NCBI GenBank assembly: GCA_051294905.1
Contig: CM119372.1
Coordinates: 37,202,001-37,266,000, forward strand
Length of the DNA: 64,000 nt
Origin: Botryllus schlosseri
Taxonomy: Eukaryota
Direction: 5' to 3'
The translations under genes were made by a program, and so were the position numbers. Below the pieces are notes generated by a model. The model ran no database searches. It was not told where the DNA came from and saw only the letters and a list, made by a program, of their open reading frames with translations. The stretch's first letter is position 1, and each line of letters starts with the position of its first letter. Of this stretch, positions 14,201 to 25,463 are shown one piece after another.

Positions 14201-17200
14201 CTCACATACAAAAAAATTCGACGTGCGCGAGCTATGGGGTCTCTCACAGATGATTTTTGTTTTGGGGGGTCTTAACTAAATTTAGATCGACATATACATT
14301 TTTCTTTCTAACCTTCAACACGAACAAACCAGCAATCATTTTTATTGTGATGTGTAGGGCTTGTATCAGGCTATATAATGGGACCTATTATTTTTTCAGT
14401 ACTTCCCTTTAGTGGACTTTTTTTCGATTCATGTATAAAATTCATAGGGTGGGGACCGATGATACAATAGCCAAATCAAGCAAAATAATCAACCATACTA
14501 ATCATGAAACAAATGAAACATGCCTACGTACAGAAAATCTTTATCTAATAATTGCATATGATGTTTTATCGCTATAACGAGGTATTTGGAAGTCACACTG
14601 TCGATTTACGGGCAATATGTATGTACCCACAAATTTATAAGTTCGAGCCTAAATCGAAACGTGATTTTATGACAACATTTGAGTTAATATTTATTCTATT
14701 TTTTGACAGTTGCGACCAAACATTCTTCGTTGGCTTGCTGCAGCCTAGATTATAATACTGAGCAAGAAAAGTAGTCACATTTTAGTTTTTTAGGGTATAT
14801 GTGTCATAGGTCCCCGGGTCGTGTGTCATTGGACCCACCGGGTGGGGACCGATGACACGTTCGAGCAACAAATTTTGAACGTCCATAAATATTTTTTAAA
14901 AAGACGGATATTCATGTTTATGTGCGCGATAGGTAGAGCTTGTATCAAAGTGCTGAGCCAACAAAAGATCTGCTGTTTTCGACTGAACATTTCGGGGCCA
15001 GTGATCATTTTCCAATTTTTGATCCATCGGTACCACATCTCCCCTATGCATATTAGTCCTGTACATTTTAATACTGGTCATATCGCTTTATCTAGCAACA
15101 ACGTTATTCGCAAACAACGGGATTGACAACAATACGATGATTGACCGATTGAATACAAATTTATTTCGAATTTTCTTCAAGCTGGCATTCTGACTTTACA
15201 GAATCAAAAATGTATAGTTACCTTCACTTTGCACTGCATTAAAAATCACGAGAATCATATCTACAAGTCCATCATACGGTTGAACCTGATCAGGCTTTGA
15301 AGAACCGTGTGATACAGGTATCTTGGTCAAATCTTAGTTGGGATATACAATTGTACTTTTACTTTCTGAATAAAACCCTTTAACATTTGTAATGAAGCAT
15401 GTAAAGTGCATAATATGGGAACAGTAAAATAAATTAAAAACTTTTAGCAACTTGTTCTTACCACATGTTTTTGCATGTTCGTCTTCTTAAATGCTCAGCA
15501 CTGAAGCAATATCCTCATCTGGTCATTATACAAACTACTTTTCGAAGATATAGGCTAAGATCATCGCGATGATTTCCCCATCATCGATATCTGTCTTGAC
15601 TTAAACATTTGTCTCCGAGTCACGAGGTATTCTTCATTTCGCATACGTTGAATCCGAATAAATACGACTAACTGTTTCCATTTTCCCAGGAATTGCTAAT
15701 TTGACATTGATATGTCTCATATCGATATCAAGATATCTCGTTGTGTGTCAACCATTCGGATTTTATGAGGTAAAGAAAAGTCATGCACAATACGGTAAGA
15801 TTTACTATCATCGATTAAGAATTGTTGCAAATATAGATTATGTTCCAACAACATTTTGGAAAATTTGAACCCGACCAAATCTAACGCAGCAGTGACAAAT
15901 GTTTGAGACACTCAACCTAGAGTTTCACATCGACTATTCAACATATTCACTAAATTTCTGATTTTGGTGATGTCATCATTGTGCTTGTTGTTTGGTGTGG
16001 AAACGTTGATAATTTATTTTCTACTCAGAGTAAGGCAATGGGTCCCCACTTTTTCCGTCTCGTGGACCACTCCGGCTTATATTTGAGCATAAATCCTCCC
16101 TCAGCAGAAAGCAGTCCGGTGAATAAATGAGGTCGTGCTCATGCACAATGTGCACAAATTGCACATACAGTGTACACACATGTAGGCCTACCCTTTCCGT
16201 AACGAACCAATTGTGGTATTCCCGATTCACTAGCGTTTCCGGATTAGGTAACGGTCAATCCGGACATATCGATTTATGTTCATCGCCAACATCAAATTTT
16301 ACCAAGATCGGTGTGGTATGTATAAGTGACTAGTCGCACGAAGTACGAAAAAGTTTTCAAGGTAAATGAATAAATTTGGTCAATAAAATCGGTACCATTA
16401 ACTTGATAAAACTTTCACGTAGAGCTGATGTGTCTTCGTGAGTTTAGTGCACCGATTCCATCCGGTTAAGAATATCCATGAAGTTATCTCAAGCTAGCTT
16501 TAAATGAAGCCATTTGCTAAGTTGAAGCTTTTTGTTATTTCGTGACCCCCGGTAATGATTGTCGGTATACGTAAGATATATTGAACTCACTCGCACGTAC
16601 CAGATCAAACTGAAAGAAAAACTCTTTCGTGAGATGAATGCCATTCCTAATTCGCATCTCTTCACTTCGTAAACTATTTTTCTCGGCGCGTAGCATTTTT
16701 TACCAAGGGACGCAGATTTCAAGGGCATCCAACGTCACCTGGATGTATCATTATCGACAGTTTCGGCGTCGGCGATTAGGGGTTAAAGTGTTATCTATGC
16801 CGATCCTTAAAGGAGTAGTTTGATGAGACGCGGGCTTACCGAAACTTTTCTACTGAAATTGCATGCGCCTAAGGGTCTCCAACCGGTGGGTTACACACCT
16901 CTACACTGAAGCATCAGAACGGTTTCAAGCGATACGAAGAACATACTGTACTCTCATTATTGTGAATATACAGTTTGACCCGATTCTGTAAATTATGGGT
17001 ATTTTTCGTTTTTTTTTTAAATTTATATATTTCTGAAGAAGGGTACCCATAAAAAAGATGAAACACAGGGACAATAATTCACGCGAAGCGCGCAATAAAC
17101 TTCAATGTCGATTCAATCTGATCAAAACTATCCTATTTTATTATAATTCGTGAAACTTTACAAAATGTTGAAGTGGTGCATAGCGTTTTTCGCCTCCCCT

Positions 17201-20200
17201 GATTACGCCAATGCTGTGGTTAAGAAAATATTGAAAAATTAAAAAAAATAGGTCGTTACTTTTCGTCGTGGCAGCATAGGTAATTGCTGAATAAAAATAA
17301 AACAAGTTCGCGTGCCACGACTTTGAGTTGAATCATGAAACTTGGCCTGTTTTTTCAAGATCCGGCAGATGTCAACTTGAAAGAAGTGTTAACTTTCACT
17401 AGTGACCTAGTTGTTATGTTTTCTCTGATTTGGAGCATTTGGGTCGAAAAGCTGTGGCGGACCACTAAAATCGTCTCTCGAACTGTACTTCATTTCCGCG
17501 CACCTGAAGTATAGGTTTTAAAAAGAAAAAGCAAGATTTCAAAGAGAATTCCAATATACTTCTAGTTAAAATCAGTTAAAATGAACACACGCTTGGCGAG
17601 AACTAATTTCATAGTTTATAGTTCCGCCTTGGATATGATTTTTGAAATTGAAAAAATGAAATTTATGAATATAGGTATACCGCCTCGTAATATCCCAAAG
17701 CCAGATATCCCCTTAAAATTATGAAATTGCTCCTTACGAGGAAAATCTCTTTTTTCAATAAGACGAGTGTAACATCATCATGGGATGGGAATAGGTTAAC
17801 TGATGACGTCTTTTTCGAACGAAAAACTACATCGGTCCGGACCTTACAAGGCTTTAACATATGGCAAGCACATTCGATTTATTTATAACATCATTCGAAA
17901 ATATATTCTGGATATTCTGGAGTGGAAGATATGTTCGCCGAACCCAAATTTATACCCTTCGCGACCCCTACTTAGCATACTTTACTTGGTAAATATAGCA
18001 ACTGCACTTCGTTTTACATGTATCTCAAAACTAATTGTTGCGAATAACAGGTGTCGCCACCGCTTGGATATGGTCATTGTTTTGGAATGTCACTCAAGCA
18101 GTCAACGATGGATATGACCTGGAAGGAGTCGGAACACACTGCGCGCCGGTGTGGAAAACAGAGCAACCTCTGTCTAAAATACACTTGATTTTACTCGTCA
18201 GCTTTTGTTATTTCGGATTTCTCATCATATTGACGATATGCTATGCGAAGATATGGCTCGTGATGAGAAAGGTAATGCCCTGCGATAACAGTTTTCTGTC
18301 GTTGTGGTGTAGGCCTACTGCAATCGTGCAGGAAGCTGGATCTCCACGTTTCCGTATTTTAAATGCGATTTCACATTGTCAACATGCCATTTTTCACCTG
18401 TAATAATCGTCTTTAGTAACATGTTGAGACCCAGAAGACTGCGATACTCTAAACCATGGGTGGCAATTATTTTTCCAGGTGGACCAAATGAGAAGTAAAA
18501 AATATGCTTGTTGGCCGAGCCAGAAGTATAAACTGTATTTCGTGGCGTCTTTCATTTTTAAATAGACTATAGCGAATTACATTGTTAGCACAAGCTGCTA
18601 AGTCTACATAGTAAAATTAGGTTATAAGAAAGTGAGGGGTTAATTTGCCAAAAAAATACCATATATTCATTCAATGGCATTATTCCAAATCATATTAACC
18701 CCAGATCAATTTTTTTATGGAGACGTCAGAATGTATTTATGTGTATATTACAAAGCTGGTCTTGGTCCCGAGCTGTGTGTAGCTCGGTATGTAGCCCTGC
18801 TGTTTTGAGAGCTTAGCTATCACATGCCCTGAAATCCACGCTCTCTTAGCCTCAGGCAGCCTACTAGTGTCTGTATTATACAGCGTTTGTCATAACGTCG
18901 ATTCAAAATCTTGCGTTACTCACATGCAGTGATTGACTTGTACGACGTTATGACATGCAACATAAAATCACAGACCGAGTATTTCGCAATGTAACAATGC
19001 CAACAAACAATTTTGAACTATCTTGATACCGTTACATTTTACTTAACTGCTACGTCATGCGGAGCTATATTTGCATTGTTTTGAATCCAGATTTTACGAC
19101 CTGGCTACGAATTCACTGTACTGTGTAGGCCTACCTGTACAGCATGTACACAGATCAACGAGCAGGATTAAAAGTAAACTCATTACCGGCTCAGTTTATA
19201 CAGCATATGGTTTTAGTTGACACATTAGTATCCAAAAGTATGTTTTATGTTCTAAATTCCAGGCTGCTTTTCTCGGGCCAGTCGCAATCGCGGGGTTGCA
19301 CATTGCCCAGGTCCGCCAGAAATAATCGTGATGTGTTTCCATTGCGCAGAACCATTACAATAGTTGTATTGGTAATTACTATTTATAATATACAATCAAA
19401 CAAAAAAATCTCTCGGTATATTTTCCGGCATTCGTATGTTATATTAATTCGAGGATTTGTTTCATTTACCTAATTTTATGCCAGCGAGCTATCAAAATTT
19501 TCACTAATATTATTATGTAAGCTGTTTTAATTTCATCGTATCATGCTATCATATGCCTCGCGATGTTAGCTGCAACGGCAAAACTTTATCAAGTGAATGG
19601 ATCCTTGCTATAATTTCACCTGAACGCGAAACCAATACAAAGCAAACTAATGCATGTTGATCATTGAGTCCATATACCCACCACTAATAGTTAGCATAAA
19701 ATAAATTCATATCATGTTTCAAGCAGAACGTTTGGGACCTTTGATTTATATAAATTCATATAAATTATGAATTGTACGGTATATATCGCGAGCTCGGCGA
19801 GTACATTAGCATATTCAATTCAGGTTTGCCCCGCCGACATTGGGAACTTATCTAATGAAGATCCGCGCAAGTGGGCTACTTAGCTACTCTCGAGAGCGTA
19901 ATTCGTCGCTACAACCAATGGGAATTGAAATATTGGCCTCAATCATTTCGAGCAGCGATATATTCCAAACAGTCTCAAGTCAGCGAACTAGATATTGTTT
20001 GCTTTTTTCTTTATCGACAGAAATTACGCCCGTCTACGAGTGCACAGCATACCGAAAGAGAAGTTACCATAACTATTATCTACATCGTAGCTGGATTTTT
20101 AATCTGCTGGACTCCATACGTGGCTGTTTCCATACACAATCTCGCCCATTCAGGAAACAATGTAAGATATAGAAATCTGTGATGAAACCAAATTAATTCT

Positions 20201-21456
20201 GAACGATCTCCTTGAAGGCGCATCCGTATATGGAAACCGTATCGGTGTACGTGGCGAAAACATCAACTGTATTCAATCCGATAATTTATGCAATGAGAAA
20301 CAGTCAAGTATGAGATTCAATATTTCAAACTTTGAAAATCCACATGATGTGTTTTAGCCAGTTGTGGACAATGTCTATGAATGGTATCTATCTTTATGGA
20401 ATAGGCCTACTTTCTGAGTTTATGCACGAAGTGGTTTTTATTTTGCGGCAGACATCCTTCTCTCCAGTTTTTACGTCGAGCTACCTACTTTTCACGTTTT
20501 GGATCGGGTCAACGGACTGATTTCACCTAGACTGATTAGGATAGATCTGTGACGGTTCCTTCCTCGTCTATTCTGTGAATTACTTACTTGATCATTTATC
20601 GAACGCACCCTTTTCTACCTATTTTATGAAGTTTAGACGTTCCTGAAAGGTCTAGTTCTATTTACGCACATGGTAATTAGTCTCATTACGTTCACTTCTA
20701 TTTGAGTCGCTTATGGCACTAGTTTACGATCTCCCAAACATAAGCCGTCTCCATTATGACAAAATATGATACGGGCATTGGGAATTGAGATGCTTGCATT
20801 CTTAGTTCATATGTATAACTCGATATCTTGACTATAAATTCTTCGGTTGCCGGTGAACTGAATCCACTCACCCTGAATTAACCAAGGACAGTGTCAAAAC
20901 ACATAAGTACTTCTTAAAACTACGCCAAGTGGAAGTAGAATGTGAAACGCCGGAAGAGTACTAAAGAAGTTTCAAAATGCAGTTAAAAGGAAATGGCTAC
21001 ATGATTTTGGAATTATATTACATTTGGAATTATATTCAGTTTCCGTGATTCTGCACGCAACTTATGACAATTTCACACATAAAAGCTATGCAGAATTGTC
21101 ACGAAAGTACTTTGTAATTTTCAAATTCCAACGTCTGAAAACTAATGAATTTTTTCCGAATGAATGTTTAAGTAGAAATGGGTAAAAAAAAGATGCATGC
21201 AAAATCTATTCAAGTATGCTCCAAATTAGTGGGAGTAGGCTACTTCTTTATTCACCTCTATGCACCTCTGCTGAATCCTATAGGAATCGGGAAAGCTTTG
21301 GTGCGGGATTGTAAGCCTCCCAAGCTCCTATATCATCAACTGTGTATTGAGTCTAGTATCTAATCAATATTTTTGTCTTCGTGACAGATTCGCAGCGAAA
21401 TGATCGGGATCATGAAACCAAATGATGCGAAGGAAGAAGAGAATGAAATGATTTGA
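2044..21456 (+). CDS. Ciliary-type (parapinopsin/Ci-opsin-like) opsin, 5'-partial; exons 2044-2206, 15690-15794, 18051-18271, 20021-20161, 20218-20307, 21388-21456
   Basis: Six exons join in frame through canonical GT-AG introns (phases 1,1,0,0,0), giving 789 nt including stop. The product aligns almost gap-free to bovine rhodopsin 67-314: KLQQP..LAMADL..GYFYLGQTGCNIQGF / SRYLVVCQPFG / GYDLEGVGTHC / EREVT..FLICWTPY / YVAKTSTVFNPIIY..NSQ|IR. The K296 codon is at 20257-20259. No TM1 exon was found in the window. Confidence 0.93.
2546..4716. mobile_element. Non-autonomous hAT-type element (contains nested element)
   Basis: Ends cagagatctcaaac / gtttgagacctctg with gcgggcc subterminal motifs; TSD atacagag / ataaagag. 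Confidence 0.8.
2812..3778. mobile_element. hAT-type MITE with GACTCGAGTC/CAAGT subterminal repeats
   Basis: TIRs cattgttgggat / atcccaacactg; perfect TSD tgtacttg; same family as 43522-46213. Confidence 0.9.
7475..8390. repeat. Complex minisatellite (CAGACATG / ATGTCCGAGTGTCAAC / CGAACACACCCC modules)
   Basis: Roughly 15-20 imperfect 45-60 bp modules; explains the overlapping repetitive ORFs on both strands. Confidence 0.85.
9449..9692. mobile_element. Small MITE (Merlin- or MULE-like ends)
   Basis: About 38-bp TIRs gattaccagtgaactcgatacttggtgaattcggcccc / ggggccgaattcaccaagtgtcgagttcactggcaacc; 8-bp TSD gtcagtgt. Confidence 0.85.
11233..12036. mobile_element. hAT-type MITE nested in the CACTA element
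   Basis: Ends caggggcggcc / tttgccacctctg; TSD gtataagt / gtataatt; internally homologous to 39510-40373. Confidence 0.85.
14084..15044. mobile_element. TA-targeting MITE (Tc1/mariner-pogo-like)
   Basis: TIRs ggggagatgtggtaccgatggatca / tgatccatcggtaccacatctcccc flanked by TA; inverted sister copy at 43685-45495. Confidence 0.88.
15690..15794 (+). CDS. Opsin exon: TM3-ICL2 (absent from ORF track)
   Basis: ttttcccag|GA...TACG|gtaaga, 105 nt, phase 1-1; (G)IANLTLICLISISRYLVVCQPFGFYEVKKSHAQY(G). Confidence 0.92.
18051..18271 (+). CDS. Opsin exon: TM4-EL2-TM5
   Basis: aacag|GT...AAG|gtaatg; VATAWIWSLFWNVTQAVNDGYDLEGVGTHCAPVWKTEQPLSKIHLILLVSFCYFGFLIILTICYAKIWLVMRK. Confidence 0.93.
18455..19315. 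mobile_element. Degenerate hAT-type MITE
   Basis: Both ends homologous to the ends of the 37268-38579 element; TSD not preserved. Confidence 0.6.
20021..20161 (+). CDS. Opsin exon: ICL3-TM6
   Basis: Pyrimidine tract + cag|AAA...AAT|gtaaga; KLRPSTSAQHTEREVTITIIYIVAGFLICWTPYVAVSIHNLAHSGNN. Confidence 0.93.
20218..20307 (+). CDS. Opsin exon: TM7 with retinal-binding lysine and NPIIY
   Basis: Follows a 56-nt intron; AHPYMETVSVYVAKTSTVFNPIIYAMRNSQ|gtatga. Confidence 0.92.
21388..21456 (+). CDS. Opsin last coding exon (helix 8 and C-tail)
   Basis: ttttgtcttcgtgacag|ATT; IRSEMIGIMKPNDAKEEENEMI*; phase 0 matches the NSQ| donor and NxQ|(F/I)R matches the c-opsin pattern. Confidence 0.75.
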   Translation: MRSEMIGIMKPNDAKEEENEMI

Positions 21457-22843
21457 GTCGAACACGGCTATTAGTTTCTACGAAAGACATTTAAACGTGT
21501 AACTTCAGAGATAATCGGATTCTGAAGTTTGGAAATCATCATCTCTATCAGCAGAATACATATTTGTTTTTGGATCCGAATCCGATGCGGATTCATACGA
21601 TTTCTCAGTATTAAATCCGGAAATATCTTAAACACAGTTTCGGGATGAAAAAATTTAATTTTGCATATTCGACCCGTCTAATACCGAACCATTGCTTATT
21701 TCATATGACATATGTATCTTAGGGTGATAGTTGAGTCCCAATTTATGTCAGCTGAATGTTCTTTTACCCTACTTAAAAACCTCTGAAACAGAATCCGAAA
21801 ATATTAGATGGTTGACCACCCAATATCCTAATTCAATCCAACTTTCGCAAATGGTGCAAAACCGCTCTGATCCAATCCTCATTTTGTTTTTGCTTATCAC
21901 TCGTGGATTGTAGTGAAATTCCATTACAGTCGTCTGTTTACACCTTGTTTCCACACTTTCATTAATACCGACAAGCTATATGTGATGAGATATCAAGTTA
22001 CTCACACCATACCGGAAAAAAAATTTCACAAATACTGAATAAATTTTCCTTATACTCATACTCCTGCTATGCCAATGCTTAGTAGTAATATATTAGCTTT
22101 ACATGCTCATCATTTTCGTCGCTGGCTCAGATCTTCTACAGACAGAGGGTGGTGATTATTGCTGGGCAAATCGGGTATCTGTATTATTCATTTCTGAATC
22201 GAGTAGTAGGCTTCGAGTCTATTCGAGTAGCAGTTATTGTGACGTCATAAAAGTGCCAATGATTGCCGGTGAGGGGTTCGATACTGCATGGACCCCAGAT
22301 ATTTAGGCTATATACTTTTGAAAGTTAAGAGGCGGTTCACAATTGTAGTTAGTCAGGCTCACTGATGACAATTTTAAACTTCCCAAGTTGATATCTCCAT
22401 TTAAAACATGTGTATTAGTGGCGCAGGCACGATCTTATACCCCTTCCTTCCGAATCCAAAATTCAGCCCTATTAAATACATCTTGACGTAATCGTACAAT
22501 AGCAATTATAGATGCATGCCCAGCGTTTCCACAGATTGCGGCAAATTTAGTTTAAACATAATACAGGAAAACCAGATTTTTGTGCCTAAAATTTTTCCCA
22601 CCGCACTTCGCTGAAAACAGATCGGAGGTGGGAAAAATTAGATGTTTCACCATTCACGACGCTTTGGTTCAATGTTGTAGCGATGCCCTCAATCTCCGAA
22701 GGTATTGTTTACCAAAAGCGTACGAATATCATTCGGGCCATCACTATGATAATGACGTTTTAAACCTGTGCGATTCATTAGTGCTACGTCTACAACCCTA
22801 ACCCATCGCACACACTCGAGCGTTGGTCTCTATTGGTCGTTAC

Positions 22844-25463
22844 TAGGGATGGTGTGAACCAGAGTTGGATCAATTACAATATTTTAATTAAATTGCAATT
22901 ACAATTACAATTACTTCCTTGCATGTTTCAATTACATCACAATTACAATTACTCACTGCTAAAAATATCAAATTACAATTACAATTACTGTTAAACATGT
23001 AATGAATTACAATTATAATTACAATTACTTTTAAACAGGTAATTGATTCAGTAAAGAGGTGTTCTTTGACAACCGTAGCCACGTAATTAGCAACAATCTC
23101 AAGCTATTCATGTTTCATTCCTGATATGTAGAAGACCCTTTAATTAAAAAAAACTCGAACGTATTCGAACTATTCCTAATCATGAGTACTGAAAACTACA
23201 AGCACAGACAAATGTTTCAAGCGACTAACAGCGAATACGCTACAGGACAGTCAATGAAATGTAATCAAACGATTAGGCTACTCAGAGCTGGGTCGGGATA
23301 ATGAAATGTAATTGGTAAGGCGTCAGCGATGAGGATGATACCGATAAGGTGCGTAAAATTAAAATAAATGCAAAAGGAAAGAACCTCCTGATAACTAAGA
23401 ATTACAATATTTTGGTTCGCATTTACATTTTCACTTCCTCGGAAACTGTTAGATTGCATTTGATGAACATTAGGGTGCGAAAAGTTTCTGGCCCCAGTAA
23501 ATTTGGCCAAGATTGGAGGTAAGATTGGGATAACATCTCTACAAATGCGTGATCAAGTTTGATGAAGCCTTAGTTGGAAACTTGAATTTTTTTGCTATTG
23601 TTACAGCAAGCCTCGGTTCTGGTCAGAGATTAAAAAAAAATTTACCGTGGTGAAGGAAATGGTTCAGCACAGGTTTTAGAAGAGTTTAATTGCTGTTCAT
23701 CCATTTTTGAAATATTAAGATTTAGTTTGGCCCACTGGTTCTCTAACTTTTTTAGACACGCCCCCTTTATGCCAGTGAAATATTTCGCGCCCTCCTTATC
23801 GTCATAGCACACAATGAAACCAGAGAGTTAGCAATCCTTACATATAGTTTGATGGTATGGAAGGTTATGACTGTTGATGAGAGAATTCTCCAATACGAAA
23901 TTCAGAATCTACACCGAGCAATAACCATAAAACGGAGGTGAATCGGGCGAAGCGCAGAAAAGATTTCAGTTCACTGGAGCGTCGCGCCCCGTTCAGATGC
24001 TTTCACGCCGCCCAAGGGGGCGCGCCGCCCCTAGTTTGAGAACCACTGGTTTAGCCTATATTGTAATTAACAAAGTTTTCTGTTGCTACTGAAGTATGGG
24101 AAACAGTTTAGTGTGGCTGAATTATTTAGTTATAACGCAGCACGCATAGAACACCGATGTAAATAGGCTAATTATTACATGTGGTGACTGTTTCCTAAGG
24201 CCTTAAGGCCCTTCGTCGTCGTCATCCTGGTTCGTGCCGGATTTTCACTGGTGCGACCAATAAATGATTGATTGATCAAATGATTATTTTATGTTGTGAT
24301 TGTCAGGTTTCCATGGAAACGTAATTGAGATTGTAATTGAGCAAAATTTTGATCAAATTACAATTACAATTACAATTACATAAAATAGAAATGCTTCGAT
24401 TACAATTACAATTACATGAAAAAATGTAATAATTACATTCAGCTCAATTACAAATTACAATTGATCCAACTCTGGTGTGAAGCTCCGAAAAGTTCAGGTT
24501 CCTGTGAACGCGAACCTCTTTGGAAAGTACTGTGTGAACGCGAACGTGAATTTCATGACGTCACGTGACGTCACATTGCAAATTACTGCCCCACATTGCA
24601 GTGCAAAGTGATATATTAGTGTACATTGTACACGTACAGGCTGTACATAACTAGCGACAACTGGAGCCACATAATGCCGCAATGCTGAAGAACATGCTGA
24701 CTTAATAAATGTCGCCGAATATATCAACAGGGTACAATCAAATGATATAATAATCCCATAAAATCAATATATATCTTCCGTCGCTTTGCCAACAATTTCG
24801 ACGAGGACTTGCAGGGGAATATAAGCTTAAGCCTTAATGGTCTAGGTCAGACCGGACAATGTATTCGGCGTGTGAGTGCTGCTACGCTGATATTGAGCAA
24901 AGTGTAAGTCGGGTTTTACCCCATTAGCAAGTTATACAGCAGTAGCCAACACCCCAATCTCACGGATTTGGTTTTTATGACCTATGAAATCGAGACGCTT
25001 GCTAGATTTTTTACGTCGGACAAGGATATCAATTCAATTGATTGGTTGAATAAGCATCATTCGCTGATTACCTACGCTACATGTATAGTGGATTGCGCTC
25101 TTGACGATCTGTGATTGCGAGTGAAGCTCACAGCAGAGAGTCACTAAATATTCGCAAACACAAAGCTGGTTATTTCGAGCAAACTTTTGTAACAAAGCAG
25201 GTAAAATTTTTGAGATTGCCAAGGTGCATGCTTGTTTAACGTTGATTTTTATGCTATGCCAGTGCTATGCACAGAGTGGTCTGCAGTAGAAATGAAATAA
25301 ATTTGAACCAAATATGTTATAGTGACGTGAAAATTGTGATAAATGAAAAAGGTTCACAGTGCAGACTGCAGAACCTACCAAGGTTCGTTTGTGAACGTGA
25401 ACCTCTAAATTTCTTAGGTCCACACACAAAACGCGAAGGTTAACCTCACATTCACACCATCCC
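22844..25463. mobile_element. MITE with GTGAAC/GCGAAC subterminal repeats, split by a nested insertion
   Basis: Ends tagggatggtgtgaa / ttcacaccatccc; subterminal gtgaacgcgaac repeats at 24500-24550 and 25380-25450. Confidence 0.65.
22860..24474. mobile_element. hAT-type MITE with (AATTAC)n subterminal arrays
   Basis: TIRs cagagttggatcaatt / aattgatccaactctg; TSD gtgtgaac / gtgtgaag. Confidence 0.88.

Noticed and set aside
21040..21067. Alternative last opsin exon reading FRDSARNL*
   Set aside because: It is out of phase with the phase-0 NSQ donor (would give FP*); 21388 fits the phase and has a better pyrimidine tract.
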